NCBI GenBank assembly: GCA_964567845.1 | Contig: CAZMOG010000001.1 | Span: forward strand, 34,540-98,539 | Source: an uncultured Odoribacter sp. | GTDB taxonomy: Bacteria > Bacteroidota > Bacteroidia > Bacteroidales > Marinifilaceae | Direction: 5' to 3' | DNA length: 64,000 nucleotides | Shown: positions 55,175 through 64,000 of the stretch, piece by piece | Layout of the letters: each line of letters starts with the position of its first letter | Position numbering within the stretch: position 1 is the stretch's first letter | The notes under the pieces: generated by a model | Databases searched by the model: none | What the model saw: the letters and a program-made list of their open reading frames with translations, nothing else | Told to the model about the DNA's origin: nothing | Made by a program: the position numbers and the translations under genes

Positions 55175-56824
55175 ATGAGAAAATTGAATAAAACCATTGC
55201 TTTAGTTGCAATATTCCTTATTTCTGTAACAACATTCACAAATGCACAAAATAAGGCCAACGATCAGAATTTCAGAGTTACCAAAGCTCTAAATACCCAA
55301 ATTTCGCTACTACGCGAAGTTAGTCGTTTGTACGTTGACACCATCAATCCCGATGAGCTTGTAAAAACCGGAATTGATGCAATGTTGGCAAGTTTGGATC
55401 CATACACAGTTTTTTATCCGGAAACAAATATGGACGAGGTCAAACTTATGACCAAAGGAGAGTATGGCGGAATTGGTGCTGTTATTGGAATGAATAAGGC
55501 ACGCCAGGTAATTATCCGTGAACCATATCGAGGAACCGCGTCATATAAGGCAAAACTTCTTCCCGGCGACATTATTCTTTCAATCAATGGCCAGGATATG
55601 ACCGGTAAAACAACTGTCGATGCAACAAATATTCTACGCGGACCGGCCGGCGAAGAGCTAAAATTGACAATCAAACGAGGTGAAGATAAGCCTTTCGAGG
55701 TAAAGATGATTCGCGAAAAGATTCAATTGCCAAACATTCCATATTACGGAATCATTAGAGATACTGTCGGCTATATCTATCTAAGTAGCTTTACAGAAAC
55801 CTCGGCTAAAGATGTAAGAAATGCTCTGCTTGACCTAAAGAACAAAGGAGCCAAAACAATGATTCTTGACCTTAGAAATAATGGAGGAGGCCTTATGGAT
55901 CAAGCTGTCGAGATTGTCAGTATGTTTGTTCCAAAGGGATCTCCCGTGGTTAGCGTAAAGGGAAGAATTTCACAAATAAATCGCGAACTTAAAACAACAC
56001 AAAACCCTATTCTGCCGGATATGCCACTGGCTATATTGATAAATAGCGGAACTGCATCTGCTTCGGAAATTGTATCGGGAGCACTTCAGGATATGGATAG
56101 AGCGATATTGGTAGGAACAAGATCTCTTGGAAAGGGTTTGGTGCAAAATGTGCGTCAACTACCCTACAACACCCAGCTTAAAATTACCACTGCGAAATAC
56201 TATATTCCAAGCGGACGATGTGTTCAAGCTATCGATTATTCACATAAAGACGCAAACGGTAATCCACAACCACTACCGGACTCACTTAGAAAAGAGTTTA
56301 AAACTGCCGCAGGACGCGCAGTATTCGATGGAGCCGGAATTGAACCTGATATTAAAATTCAGGACTCTGCATATAAATTATTGACACAAGAGTTAGTTAT
56401 AAACGACTACATATTCGACTTTGTAAATAATTATGCCCTTACAAATCCCGCACCTTTGAATGTAAATGATTTTACTATTCCTGAAGGCATATACGATCAA
56501 TTTACCGATTATGTCCTTAAACAAGATTTCAAATACATTACCAAAGGGTCTAACATCGTTGATGGCATGACCAAAGCCCTTGACGGAGAAGATTACCCGG
56601 AGCAGGTCAAAGAGCTGTTAAATCAGCTAAAAGAAGCTGTAAAACCAAATTTAGAGCAAGACATGAAGCGCTACAAAGACGAAATCATGGAGGCTCTTAT
56701 AGACCAGCTTGTAACAAGATACTATGACAATGAAGGATATATTGAGCACACAGTAAAGAACCGAGACAAGTACATTGATATTGCACTAAATCCTGAAAAC
56801 TGGGAAATCCTAAAGAATATGTAA
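55175..56824 (+). CDS. S41 family C-terminal processing peptidase (paralog 2)
   Basis: Has a signal peptide from the ATG at 55175, a PDZ segment (KAKLLPGDIILSINGQDM), DLRNNGGG, and SASASEIVSGALQD...GKGLVQ. Confidence 0.88.
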   Translation: MRKLNKTIALVAIFLISVTTFTNAQNKANDQNFRVTKALNTQISLLREVSRLYVDTINPDELVKTGIDAMLASLDPYTVFYPETNMDEVKLMTKGEYGGIGAVIGMNKARQVIIREPYRGTASYKAKLLPGDIILSINGQDMTGKTTVDATNILRGPAGEELKLTIKRGEDKPFEVKMIREKIQLPNIPYYGIIRDTVGYIYLSSFTETSAKDVRNALLDLKNKGAKTMILDLRNNGGGLMDQAVEIVSMFVPKGSPVVSVKGRISQINRELKTTQNPILPDMPLAILINSGTASASEIVSGALQDMDRAILVGTRSLGKGLVQNVRQLPYNTQLKITTAKYYIPSGRCVQAIDYSHKDANGNPQPLPDSLRKEFKTAAGRAVFDGAGIEPDIKIQDSAYKLLTQELVINDYIFDFVNNYALTNPAPLNVNDFTIPEGIYDQFTDYVLKQDFKYITKGSNIVDGMTKALDGEDYPEQVKELLNQLKEAVKPNLEQDMKRYKDEIMEALIDQLVTRYYDNEGYIEHTVKNRDKYIDIALNPENWEILKNM

Positions 56825-56825
56825 T

Positions 56826-58634
56826 CTACTCGTCAGGGTGAAAATAGTTATACACGATAGCAGCTCGTTTAGCACCTAAACAGGCTGCTATCTGTTTTAT
56901 ATCTGCCAACTTTATGCGTTCAACACTGCCAAATGTCTGAAGCAAAGCGCGCTCAGCAGCATCTCCAATTCCCTTTATATGCCTTAACTCGCTATCTATC
57001 TGAGATTTACTCCTTAAAGATCTATGAAAAGTAATTCCGAATCTGTGTGCCTCATCGCGAATATGCATCAAAACTCTTAATGTTTCAGATTTCTTGGAAA
57101 GAACCCAAGGCTCACTGTCTCCTGGAAAATATATCTCCTCTAAACGCTCAGCCAAACCCAATATTGCAATTTTGCCCCTTAAATTTAATTCAGCAAGAGC
57201 ATCCAAAGCGGCTCCTAATTGCCCCTTACCTCCATCAATAACTATCAAATCCGGAAGAGGCAATCCCTCCTCTAAAACACGAGAATATCTTCGATATACA
57301 ATCTCGCGCATTGAGGCATAATCATTAGCTCCAACAACACTCTTTACATGAAATTTTCTATAATCGCGTTTCGATGGTTTACCATTGACAAATACAACAC
57401 AAGCAGCAACAGGATTTGTACCTTGAATATTCGAGTTATCAAAACACTCTATTCTTCGAGGTTCAACATTCAACTTAAGTTCACTCTTCATCTGAAACAT
57501 AAGCTGATTTACAGTATCATTAGAATCACGTCGAACACTCCTTTGTCTATCTCTATCAGCTTTAAATTGCTTAGCATTTCGCTCCGACAACTCCAATAAA
57601 TGGTGTTTTTCTCCGATTTGTGGAATAGTATAAACAACTTTATCTATTTGAATATCAGGTAAAAACGGTACAATTATCTCGCGAGCGGAACTCTGAACCA
57701 AAGAGCGAATCTCATAAATAACATATGATAATAAAGACTCTTTATCCTCGTCTAATTTCTGCTCAACTTCCACTGTATGTACCTTATTTACAGCACCATG
57801 CTCTACTCCTAAATAGTTTACGTATATATATTTTTCCCCCTCTATAAAACTAAATACATCGATACTTGCCTGAGTTGTCCTAACAATTGTTGACTTGGAT
57901 CTATACTCTTTTAGTAGGTTAATTGCAATCATTGTTTCGTTAGCCTTTTCAAACTGAAAAATTGATGCATAGTGCAATTCTTGATTTGATAGATATGAAA
58001 TTACCTCAGAGAAATTTCCTTTAAGAATATTTCTAATCTGAGCAATGTAACCATCATATTCACTCTGTGAAATACCGGAGATACATGGTGCCTGACAGTT
58101 ATGAATATGATACTCTAAACAGGGTTTAAATTTCAATGATTGAATTGAAGCCTGCGACAACACCAAATTACAAGTACGCAACTTGTACAAAGAGCGTATC
58201 AGTTTCATTAAAACATTAGCAAACCTTACAGATGTATATGGCCCATAATACTCTGCCTCTGATCTGTTAAAATGTCGAGTAATTTCAACTCGCGGAAAAG
58301 ATTCTTTTCTTATTGCAATCCAGGGATAAGTTTTGTCATCTTTTAAAAGAATGTTGTACTTAGGCTTATGTTGCTTTATTAAATTATTCTCTAATAAAAG
58401 TGCATCCTGCTCAGAGTTTACAACTGTATAATTTAAATCAGCAACTCGTCTAACAAGATTCAATGTTTTTGAACTTTGATTGCTTTTACTTAAATATGAT
58501 GAAACTCTATTACGTAAATTCTTTGCCTTACCAATGTAAATTATATTTCCGTCGGAATCCAAATAGATATAGACTCCCGGATCGGTAGGAAGATTTCTAA
58601 CCTTCTCTCTTAAATTTTCATCGTATAAAGCCAT
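56826..58634 (-). CDS. uvrC: Excinuclease ABC subunit C
   Basis: Has a GIY-YIG N-terminus (GVYIYLDSDGNIIYIGKAKNLRNRV), a UvrBC-interaction region, an endonuclease V-like domain and a C-terminal HhH. Confidence 0.95.
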   Translation of the reverse strand: MALYDENLREKVRNLPTDPGVYIYLDSDGNIIYIGKAKNLRNRVSSYLSKSNQSSKTLNLVRRVADLNYTVVNSEQDALLLENNLIKQHKPKYNILLKDDKTYPWIAIRKESFPRVEITRHFNRSEAEYYGPYTSVRFANVLMKLIRSLYKLRTCNLVLSQASIQSLKFKPCLEYHIHNCQAPCISGISQSEYDGYIAQIRNILKGNFSEVISYLSNQELHYASIFQFEKANETMIAINLLKEYRSKSTIVRTTQASIDVFSFIEGEKYIYVNYLGVEHGAVNKVHTVEVEQKLDEDKESLLSYVIYEIRSLVQSSAREIIVPFLPDIQIDKVVYTIPQIGEKHHLLELSERNAKQFKADRDRQRSVRRDSNDTVNQLMFQMKSELKLNVEPRRIECFDNSNIQGTNPVAACVVFVNGKPSKRDYRKFHVKSVVGANDYASMREIVYRRYSRVLEEGLPLPDLIVIDGGKGQLGAALDALAELNLRGKIAILGLAERLEEIYFPGDSEPWVLSKKSETLRVLMHIRDEAHRFGITFHRSLRSKSQIDSELRHIKGIGDAAERALLQTFGSVERIKLADIKQIAACLGAKRAAIVYNYFHPDE

Positions 58635-58674
58635 AAAATTGCGTATTCTGAGAATTTAATATTTACAAAGTTCA

Positions 58675-60324
58675 TTAACTCCGGTCATGAATATTGAAAA
58701 ATGAAAAAGTCTCAAAATTAAACAAACCCTGCTCTCCCAACTTAATTTTTGGAATAACTATCAACGACAAAAAAGAGAGAGTCATAAATGGGTCGAGTAA
58801 ATTAGAACCAAACTTCTTCACCTTTCGCTTTAATGAAGTGAAAATATTATTTACATACAAACCTCCACGGTCAGACATAATACCACCTATGGGTAATGGA
58901 AGTATTGCAGTACTTCCATTAGAACTACATGCCAAACCTCCCTTATACTCTATAACCTTGTTTATTGCTTTCAGTAAGTCTACATCCGATGTTCCTACAG
59001 CCAAAATATTATGCGAATCATGTGCCACTGTAGAAGCAATAGCCCCGCTCTTGAAACCGAAACCTTTTACATAAGCTATTTGAGGTTTGGAATTATCGTT
59101 ATAGCGATTTACATAAACTATTTTCAATAAATCCTGCTCCAAATCAGATTCCAAATTATCACATGGTTCAGTAAGATTAAAATTACACTCTTCTGTCACT
59201 AACTGATCAAAAACAATTTGAATAGCTTTGTGAGTTCCTTGCGTCATTGGCTTTCTTAGTTCTGATAGCAATAAATGTCCTCGCTTAAACTTGTTCAGAG
59301 TAATATTCACGATACTCTCATCGCTATTATCCAAGTGTGAAACATCCTTGTCAAAAACACATTTTCCTGCAACGTATGTCTGTATTGTCTCGAACTTTTT
59401 TAAATCCTTCACAACTTGAAAATCTGCAGCATCGGCAACTCGCAACAATCCAACCGAAAGATTATAGTGAAGTATCGGATTAACAGATGCAGCTTTAATA
59501 ACATTGAAAAGATCATACCCCTCTTTAACTGCCTTGCAAACCATTTTATCTATATGGCCAAGTTTAATCAATGTATCAGGATGAGAATCATCAGTACAGA
59601 ACATAACTGAATTCGGATACAATTCCAACAATTGCTTCAAATCATCGAAATTATTTACTGCACTTCCATATCTAATTTGAATCTTCATTCCGGCATTAAT
59701 CTTCTCTATAGCCTCGTCTAAAACCACACATTCATGATCCGTGGTGACGCCTGCAGCAACATATTTTTTTAGATTCTCTCCACTACACAACGGAGCATGA
59801 CCATCTATCCTTAAACCATACCTCTTTGCTGCTTGCAATTTCAACTGCATCTCCTTATCTCCATTTATAACAGCAAACAGATCCATTACCTCTGAAAGGG
59901 CAACAAAATTTCCCGACTTTGCCAAAATATCAATATCAGCACTACTTATCGTAGCTCCGGAACCATCAAAACTTGTAGCAGGAACACAAGATGGTATAGT
60001 AAAAAACATTTTACATAGAGCATTTGAACTGTTCTTTACCATTGACAAAACTCCTGTTACTCCTGTCACATTTGCTATCTCATGAGGATCTGTTACAATA
60101 GCAACTGTTCCACGTGGAACAATTAACTTTGAAAATTCCTGCGGCGATAACATTGAACTCTCAATATGAACATGAGAATCGACAAAACCAGGAATAATAT
60201 AGTTTTCGTAATGCTTATTTTCAACTCGCTCTATCGAGACAATTATACCATTTTCAATCTTGATTTTGGCAGGATATATTGACCTGCTATGAACATCTAC
60301 TAAGTTACCAACTACCTGTTTCAT
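58675..60324 (-). CDS. ade: Adenine deaminase
   Basis: Has amidohydrolase motifs PGFVDSHVHIESS, RIDGHAP and TTDHE. ATG taken at 60324 (MKQVVGNLVDV); the longer ORF would start inside the palindrome. Confidence 0.88.
   Translation of the reverse strand: MKQVVGNLVDVHSRSIYPAKIKIENGIIVSIERVENKHYENYIIPGFVDSHVHIESSMLSPQEFSKLIVPRGTVAIVTDPHEIANVTGVTGVLSMVKNSSNALCKMFFTIPSCVPATSFDGSGATISSADIDILAKSGNFVALSEVMDLFAVINGDKEMQLKLQAAKRYGLRIDGHAPLCSGENLKKYVAAGVTTDHECVVLDEAIEKINAGMKIQIRYGSAVNNFDDLKQLLELYPNSVMFCTDDSHPDTLIKLGHIDKMVCKAVKEGYDLFNVIKAASVNPILHYNLSVGLLRVADAADFQVVKDLKKFETIQTYVAGKCVFDKDVSHLDNSDESIVNITLNKFKRGHLLLSELRKPMTQGTHKAIQIVFDQLVTEECNFNLTEPCDNLESDLEQDLLKIVYVNRYNDNSKPQIAYVKGFGFKSGAIASTVAHDSHNILAVGTSDVDLLKAINKVIEYKGGLACSSNGSTAILPLPIGGIMSDRGGLYVNNIFTSLKRKVKKFGSNLLDPFMTLSFLSLIVIPKIKLGEQGLFNFETFSFFNIHDRS
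60106..60121. repeat. 16-bp perfect palindrome TGTTCCACGTGGAACA, copy 1 (inside ade coding sequence, about +204 from the ATG)
   Basis: Read directly from the sequence. It encodes VPRGT of ade and is identical to copy 2. Confidence 0.95.
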
Positions 60325-60334
60325 ATCGAAAATT

Positions 60335-60350
60335 TGTTCCACGTGGAACA
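60335..60350. repeat. 16-bp perfect palindrome TGTTCCACGTGGAACA, copy 2 (fills the mnmG-ade intergenic spacer)
   Basis: Read directly from the sequence. It starts 1 nt after the mnmG stop codon and ends 10 nt before the ade ATG. It is a candidate operator or short hairpin. Confidence 0.95.
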
Positions 60351-62234
60351 TTAACGTCCCATCAATACTAAAAGCACACTAATATCTGCAGGTGAAACTC
60401 CGCTTATTCTTGACGCTTGACCAAGTGTTTTAGGTTGAATTTTTTCAAGTTTTTGACGAGCCTCAGTAGAAAGATTTTGAATGTTTTTGTAATCAAACTT
60501 ACCCTCAATCTTCAAATTTTCTAATCTACTAAATTTATCTACAAGCAACCTTTCACGCTCAATATACCCAGAATATTTAAGTAAAATTTCAGCAGATTCA
60601 ACAACTTCATTAGAAAAATTATGCTCACTAATAAAAGTGAATAAATCATTTAATATTGTACATAATTTTTTTATTGTTATAGTTGGTCTTGCCAAAATAT
60701 CTACCAATTTACAACCTTGTTTCAATGGATTTAAACCTTCAGAAAGTAAAAAGGCATTTATCTGTGATTGTTTAACACTGAAGTTTCTTATATAATCGAC
60801 CAACAAATCTCTATCACTATATTTCTTAATAAACTGAGAATATCTATCGTCGGTCACCAAACCTATAGATTTTCCTAAATTAGTTAATCGTTCATCAGCA
60901 TTATCCTGCCTTAAAAGTAATCTGTACTCCGCTCTTGAGGTAAACATTCTGTAAGGTTCATCTACACCTTTAGTAACTAAATCATCGATCAGAACGCCTA
61001 TATAGGCCTCAGAACGCGAAATTGTAATCATCTCCTTACCGCTGGTAGAAAGATGAGCATTAATACCCGCAAGTAATCCCTGCGCAGCTGCCTCTTCATA
61101 ACCGGTAGTACCATTAATCTGACCGGCAAAGAATAGATTTGATATTAACTTTGTCTGTAATGTATGATTCAATTGGGTTGGTGGAAAATAATCATACTCT
61201 ATGGCATAACCGGGTCTATAAATCTTAACATTCTCAAAACCCTCAACCTTTCTTAGCGCAGCCAACTGAACATCCCATGGTAATGAAGATGAAAAACCAT
61301 TCAAATAATACTCATTGGTATCCTCTCCTTCGGGTTCCAAAAAGAGATGATGAGAATCCTTACCGCTAAAAGTATCTAATTTTGTCTCTATACTTGGGCA
61401 ATATCTTGGACCTATACTTTTTATGGTTCCATTAAATAATGGACTATCCTCAAAGCCTGTTCTTAAAATATCATGAACCTCTTTATTGGTATATGCAATA
61501 TAACAGGGACGTTGCTTAAGACCTTTAGAGTTGGTTTCCAGATAGGAAAATTTATGAAAGGTATCATCGCCATATTGAATGAAAAGCTTTGAATAATCAA
61601 CACTTCTTCCATCAATTCTCAATGGCGTGCCGGTCTTCATTCTACCGGTTTCAAAACCTAATTTCACGAGTTGTTCAGTCAATCCATGAGATTCAGGCTC
61701 TGATATTCTACCACCTTTAAAACTAACCTTTCCTACATGCATTAAACCATTTAGAAATGTACCATTGGTCAATACAACACTTTTGGCATTGAACTCTATT
61801 CCTAAAGCCGTAACTACACCAACTACCCTGCCCTGCTCTATTTTTAAATTTATAACATTGTCCTGAAGCATGTCAAGATTTGGTATTGACTCAAGAGCTC
61901 CTCTCCACTCTGCTGAGAATTTCATTCTATCACATTGCGAACGAGGACTCCACATAGCAGGTCCTTTAGATAAATTCAACATTCTGAATTGAATTGAACT
62001 TTTATCTGTAATTATGGCCGACATACCACCTAAAGCATCAATTTCTCTAACCAATTGACCTTTGGCAATACCACCGATAGCAGGATTGCAACTCATCTGC
62101 GCTATCTTCTGCATATCTATAGTAATAAGCAATGTTTTCGAACCTAAATTCGCTGCAGCTGCAGCTGCTTCACATCCGGCATGACCCGCACCGACAACTA
62201 TAACATCATAGTTTGGGAATAAATTATCTATCAT
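60351..62234 (-). CDS. mnmG: tRNA uridine 5-carboxymethylaminomethyl modification enzyme MnmG
   Basis: Has the FAD motif YDVIVVGAGHAGCEAA and GPRYCPSIE. ATG taken at 62234, forming an ATGA overlap with the ybeY stop. Confidence 0.95.
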   Translation of the reverse strand: MIDNLFPNYDVIVVGAGHAGCEAAAAAANLGSKTLLITIDMQKIAQMSCNPAIGGIAKGQLVREIDALGGMSAIITDKSSIQFRMLNLSKGPAMWSPRSQCDRMKFSAEWRGALESIPNLDMLQDNVINLKIEQGRVVGVVTALGIEFNAKSVVLTNGTFLNGLMHVGKVSFKGGRISEPESHGLTEQLVKLGFETGRMKTGTPLRIDGRSVDYSKLFIQYGDDTFHKFSYLETNSKGLKQRPCYIAYTNKEVHDILRTGFEDSPLFNGTIKSIGPRYCPSIETKLDTFSGKDSHHLFLEPEGEDTNEYYLNGFSSSLPWDVQLAALRKVEGFENVKIYRPGYAIEYDYFPPTQLNHTLQTKLISNLFFAGQINGTTGYEEAAAQGLLAGINAHLSTSGKEMITISRSEAYIGVLIDDLVTKGVDEPYRMFTSRAEYRLLLRQDNADERLTNLGKSIGLVTDDRYSQFIKKYSDRDLLVDYIRNFSVKQSQINAFLLSEGLNPLKQGCKLVDILARPTITIKKLCTILNDLFTFISEHNFSNEVVESAEILLKYSGYIERERLLVDKFSRLENLKIEGKFDYKNIQNLSTEARQKLEKIQPKTLGQASRISGVSPADISVLLVLMGR

Positions 62235-62668
62235 ACACCAACCAAATTTAGCATCTGAAGGCATTTAGCCTCCTGCTCACGCATTATTATTGAATCCTCG
62301 TCCGATTTATCCTTAAAACCTATTAAATGTAAAATTCCATGACAAAATACCCTGTTAAACTCGTCTTCAAAACTTGTTCCAAAAAGTTCTGAATTCGATT
62401 TTACCGTATCTATACTGATATAAATATCGCCGTTTAAAATATCGCGTCGGCAATAATCGAAAGTAATTATATCGGTATAGTAATCATGATTCAGAAACTC
62501 ATTGTTTACTTTGAGTATCTTCTCATCATTACAATAAATGAAAGAGAGTTTACCGACCCTCTTTCCATAATGTTCAGCTATAATATCAACCCATTTATCA
62601 AATCTTTGAAATGAAAAAAAAATGGGAGAATCAATCTCTTCAAACTCTATATACAGTGCTCTCTTCAT
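62231..62668 (-). CDS. ybeY: rRNA maturation RNase YbeY
   Basis: Has the zinc motif HGILHLIGFKD (HxxxHxxxxxH/D). Confidence 0.9.
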   Translation of the reverse strand: MKRALYIEFEEIDSPIFFSFQRFDKWVDIIAEHYGKRVGKLSFIYCNDEKILKVNNEFLNHDYYTDIITFDYCRRDILNGDIYISIDTVKSNSELFGTSFEDEFNRVFCHGILHLIGFKDKSDEDSIIMREQEAKCLQMLNLVGV

Positions 62669-63066
62669 ATATTAAAATAGAGTGTTACCTTAGCTCCATT
62701 CTTCTCATATATCATCCTGTCTGAAAGAATAGACATCAAGTATATTCCACGTCCGCTTGTCTTCTCTAAATTTTCCGGCAAAGTTGGATCCTCGGGATAT
62801 TTGGAATAATCAAAACCATTACCCTCGTCTTCAATTGAGACATAAAAAAGAGTTTCATCAAGAGTTGCAACAACAGTTACATACTTACTTTTGTCCTTTT
62901 TATTTCCAAAAAGAATAGCATTATTCACAGCTTCAATAATAGATAAATCAATCTGTCCATAAAGACGCTGTCCCAAATTAAACTCAGTAGTGAAAGAGTC
63001 AATAAATTTTTCGACTTCGGATATATTCTCAATACCAGAAGCTATTTTGAGTTCCAGACTTTTCAT
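62665..63066 (-). CDS. GHKL-ATPase (HATPase_c) anti-sigma-factor-like serine kinase (RsbW/SpoIIAB-like)
   Basis: 133 aa. Has an N box (EAVNNAILFG), a G1 box (IEDEGNGFD) and a G2-like box (SGRGIYLM). A 4-nt overlap links it to ybeY. Confidence 0.7.
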   Translation of the reverse strand: MKSLELKIASGIENISEVEKFIDSFTTEFNLGQRLYGQIDLSIIEAVNNAILFGNKKDKSKYVTVVATLDETLFYVSIEDEGNGFDYSKYPEDPTLPENLEKTSGRGIYLMSILSDRMIYEKNGAKVTLYFNI

Positions 63067-63135
63067 TTCTATAGTTATAAATTGTGTTTATTTAACTCAT
63101 ATACGAAGTTACGAAAAAAAAAGTAAAAAACAAAG

Positions 63136-64000
63136 TTATTTCCTTAACCAATATTCAGGATTAAGCTTTGTTAACTCTTTCCATACCTGTAACTCCATTG
63201 TACTGCCCTTATCCGAACTATACGCTACTTTTCCCAATTTCTGACCGGTTGCAACTATATCACCCTGTTTTACATACACCTCTGAAAGATTTACGTAAAG
63301 AGTAAAATAATTACCATGCTTAATCAATACAACATTATTGGAACTTGATACAAAATGAATACTTACCACTGTTCCTTTAAATATTGATTTTACCTGACTA
63401 TCTTTTTTACAACTGATAACAATTCCGGAAGAATTTGTCTGAACATTCTTCAACACGGGATGCGTATGAGTTCCAAATTTTTCAATTATTACACCTCCAT
63501 CCACCGGCCATGGTAATTTACCCTTATTTCCCTCAAAATCGTTAGCCAGCTGAATCTCTGTTTGAGTCATTTTCTGACCTGATGAGCCACTCCGGGTACT
63601 CTTTTTGACCTGTTGTTCTATCAACTTTTTAATCTTGTTATCAAGAGCCTTTTTATTAGCTATCTCCTTATTTAACTTAGTGCGTAGAGATGACTCATTC
63701 TTCTTTATACTATTCAGAAGCGCCTGCTCTTTGTTTTTATCCTCGTTTAAAGATCTTTGCATATTACTAACTTCAACTTTTGCAGAGACCTTCTTATCAA
63801 GTAAAACCCTATTACGCTCATTTAAAACTCTTAGTGAATCATTTATTGTTTGAATCTCCTTAATCTTATTCTTAGTGAAGTATTTCATCTCTTTGTAGTA
63901 GCGAAATCTTCTATAAGCTTGGTCAAATGATTCAGAGGCTAAAATATATAGAAGTTGATTATCAAAATCCTTTACTTTCCATTGTTCATAAACAGCTTTG
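63136..64000 (-). CDS. M23 family metallopeptidase with N-terminal coiled coil (EnvC-like), 5' end outside the window
   Basis: The C-terminal LytM-type domain includes KGKLPWPVDGGVII, GIVISCKKDSQVKSIFKGTVV and HGNYFTLYVNLSEVYVKQGD. The frame stays open beyond the track's ATG at 63888 to the window edge. Confidence 0.8.
   Translation of the reverse strand, partial: KAVYEQWKVKDFDNQLLYILASESFDQAYRRFRYYKEMKYFTKNKIKEIQTINDSLRVLNERNRVLLDKKVSAKVEVSNMQRSLNEDKNKEQALLNSIKKNESSLRTKLNKEIANKKALDNKIKKLIEQQVKKSTRSGSSGQKMTQTEIQLANDFEGNKGKLPWPVDGGVIIEKFGTHTHPVLKNVQTNSSGIVISCKKDSQVKSIFKGTVVSIHFVSSSNNVVLIKHGNYFTLYVNLSEVYVKQGDIVATGQKLGKVAYSSDKGSTMELQVWKELTKLNPEYWLRK

Noticed and set aside
1-64000. Searched by eye for rRNA genes, CRISPR repeat arrays, transposase/integrase genes, prophage blocks, and riboswitches upstream of dxs, ade and prs
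   Set aside because: I found no regularly spaced direct repeats, rRNA-like segments or recombinase motifs. The intergenic regions upstream of dxs (22 nt) and ade (26 nt) are too short for riboswitches. This absence is based on a manual reading, not on a computational scan.

Overview
This is a dense chromosomal segment from a Bacteroidota (Bacteroidales-like) genome. Phylum-type -7 promoter boxes (TAnnTTTG) recur 5-60 nt upstream of many first-in-operon genes, and Shine-Dalgarno sequences are generally not evident. Typical neighbourhoods are present: DUF4271 / uroporphyrinogen-III-synthase-like / rnpA / yidD, rplM-rpsI-rpsB-tsf, and an rpoN operon with SPOR and PPIase genes. I call about 55 protein genes and one tRNA-Arg(CCT). 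I saw no rRNA, CRISPR array, transposase or integrase. Most content is housekeeping: leuS, asnS, gltX, mutS, polA, uvrC, mnmG, ybeY, dxs, pyrH, prs, ribosomal proteins and an aromatic amino-acid operon. Six things stand out. (1) A CzcCBA-type metal efflux operon is preceded by a small Cys/His-cluster protein and has a 17-His tract in the adaptor. (2) A very AT-rich two-gene islet holds an orphan Rhs-type toxin tip with an HExxH motif and an overlapping signal-peptide partner that looks internally duplicated. (3) An AT-rich defence islet between gltX and dusB holds a 59-aa ORF coupled to a truncated vapD (Cas2-like) remnant, a C5 DNA methyltransferase and a PD-ExK restriction endonuclease candidate. 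(4) A Phe/Tyr-rich leader peptide plus an intrinsic terminator lies upstream of pheA-tyrA-DAHP synthase/chorismate mutase, a candidate attenuator. (5) Two identical 16-bp perfect palindromes bracket the 5' end of the adenine deaminase gene. (6) A TagD-type cytidylyltransferase is fused to a Gfo/Idh/MocA oxidoreductase and coupled to an SDR. Many ORF-track N-termini are alternative-start artefacts; I trimmed them using conserved N-termini and promoter-box positions. All family calls come from reading motifs by eye, with no database search.
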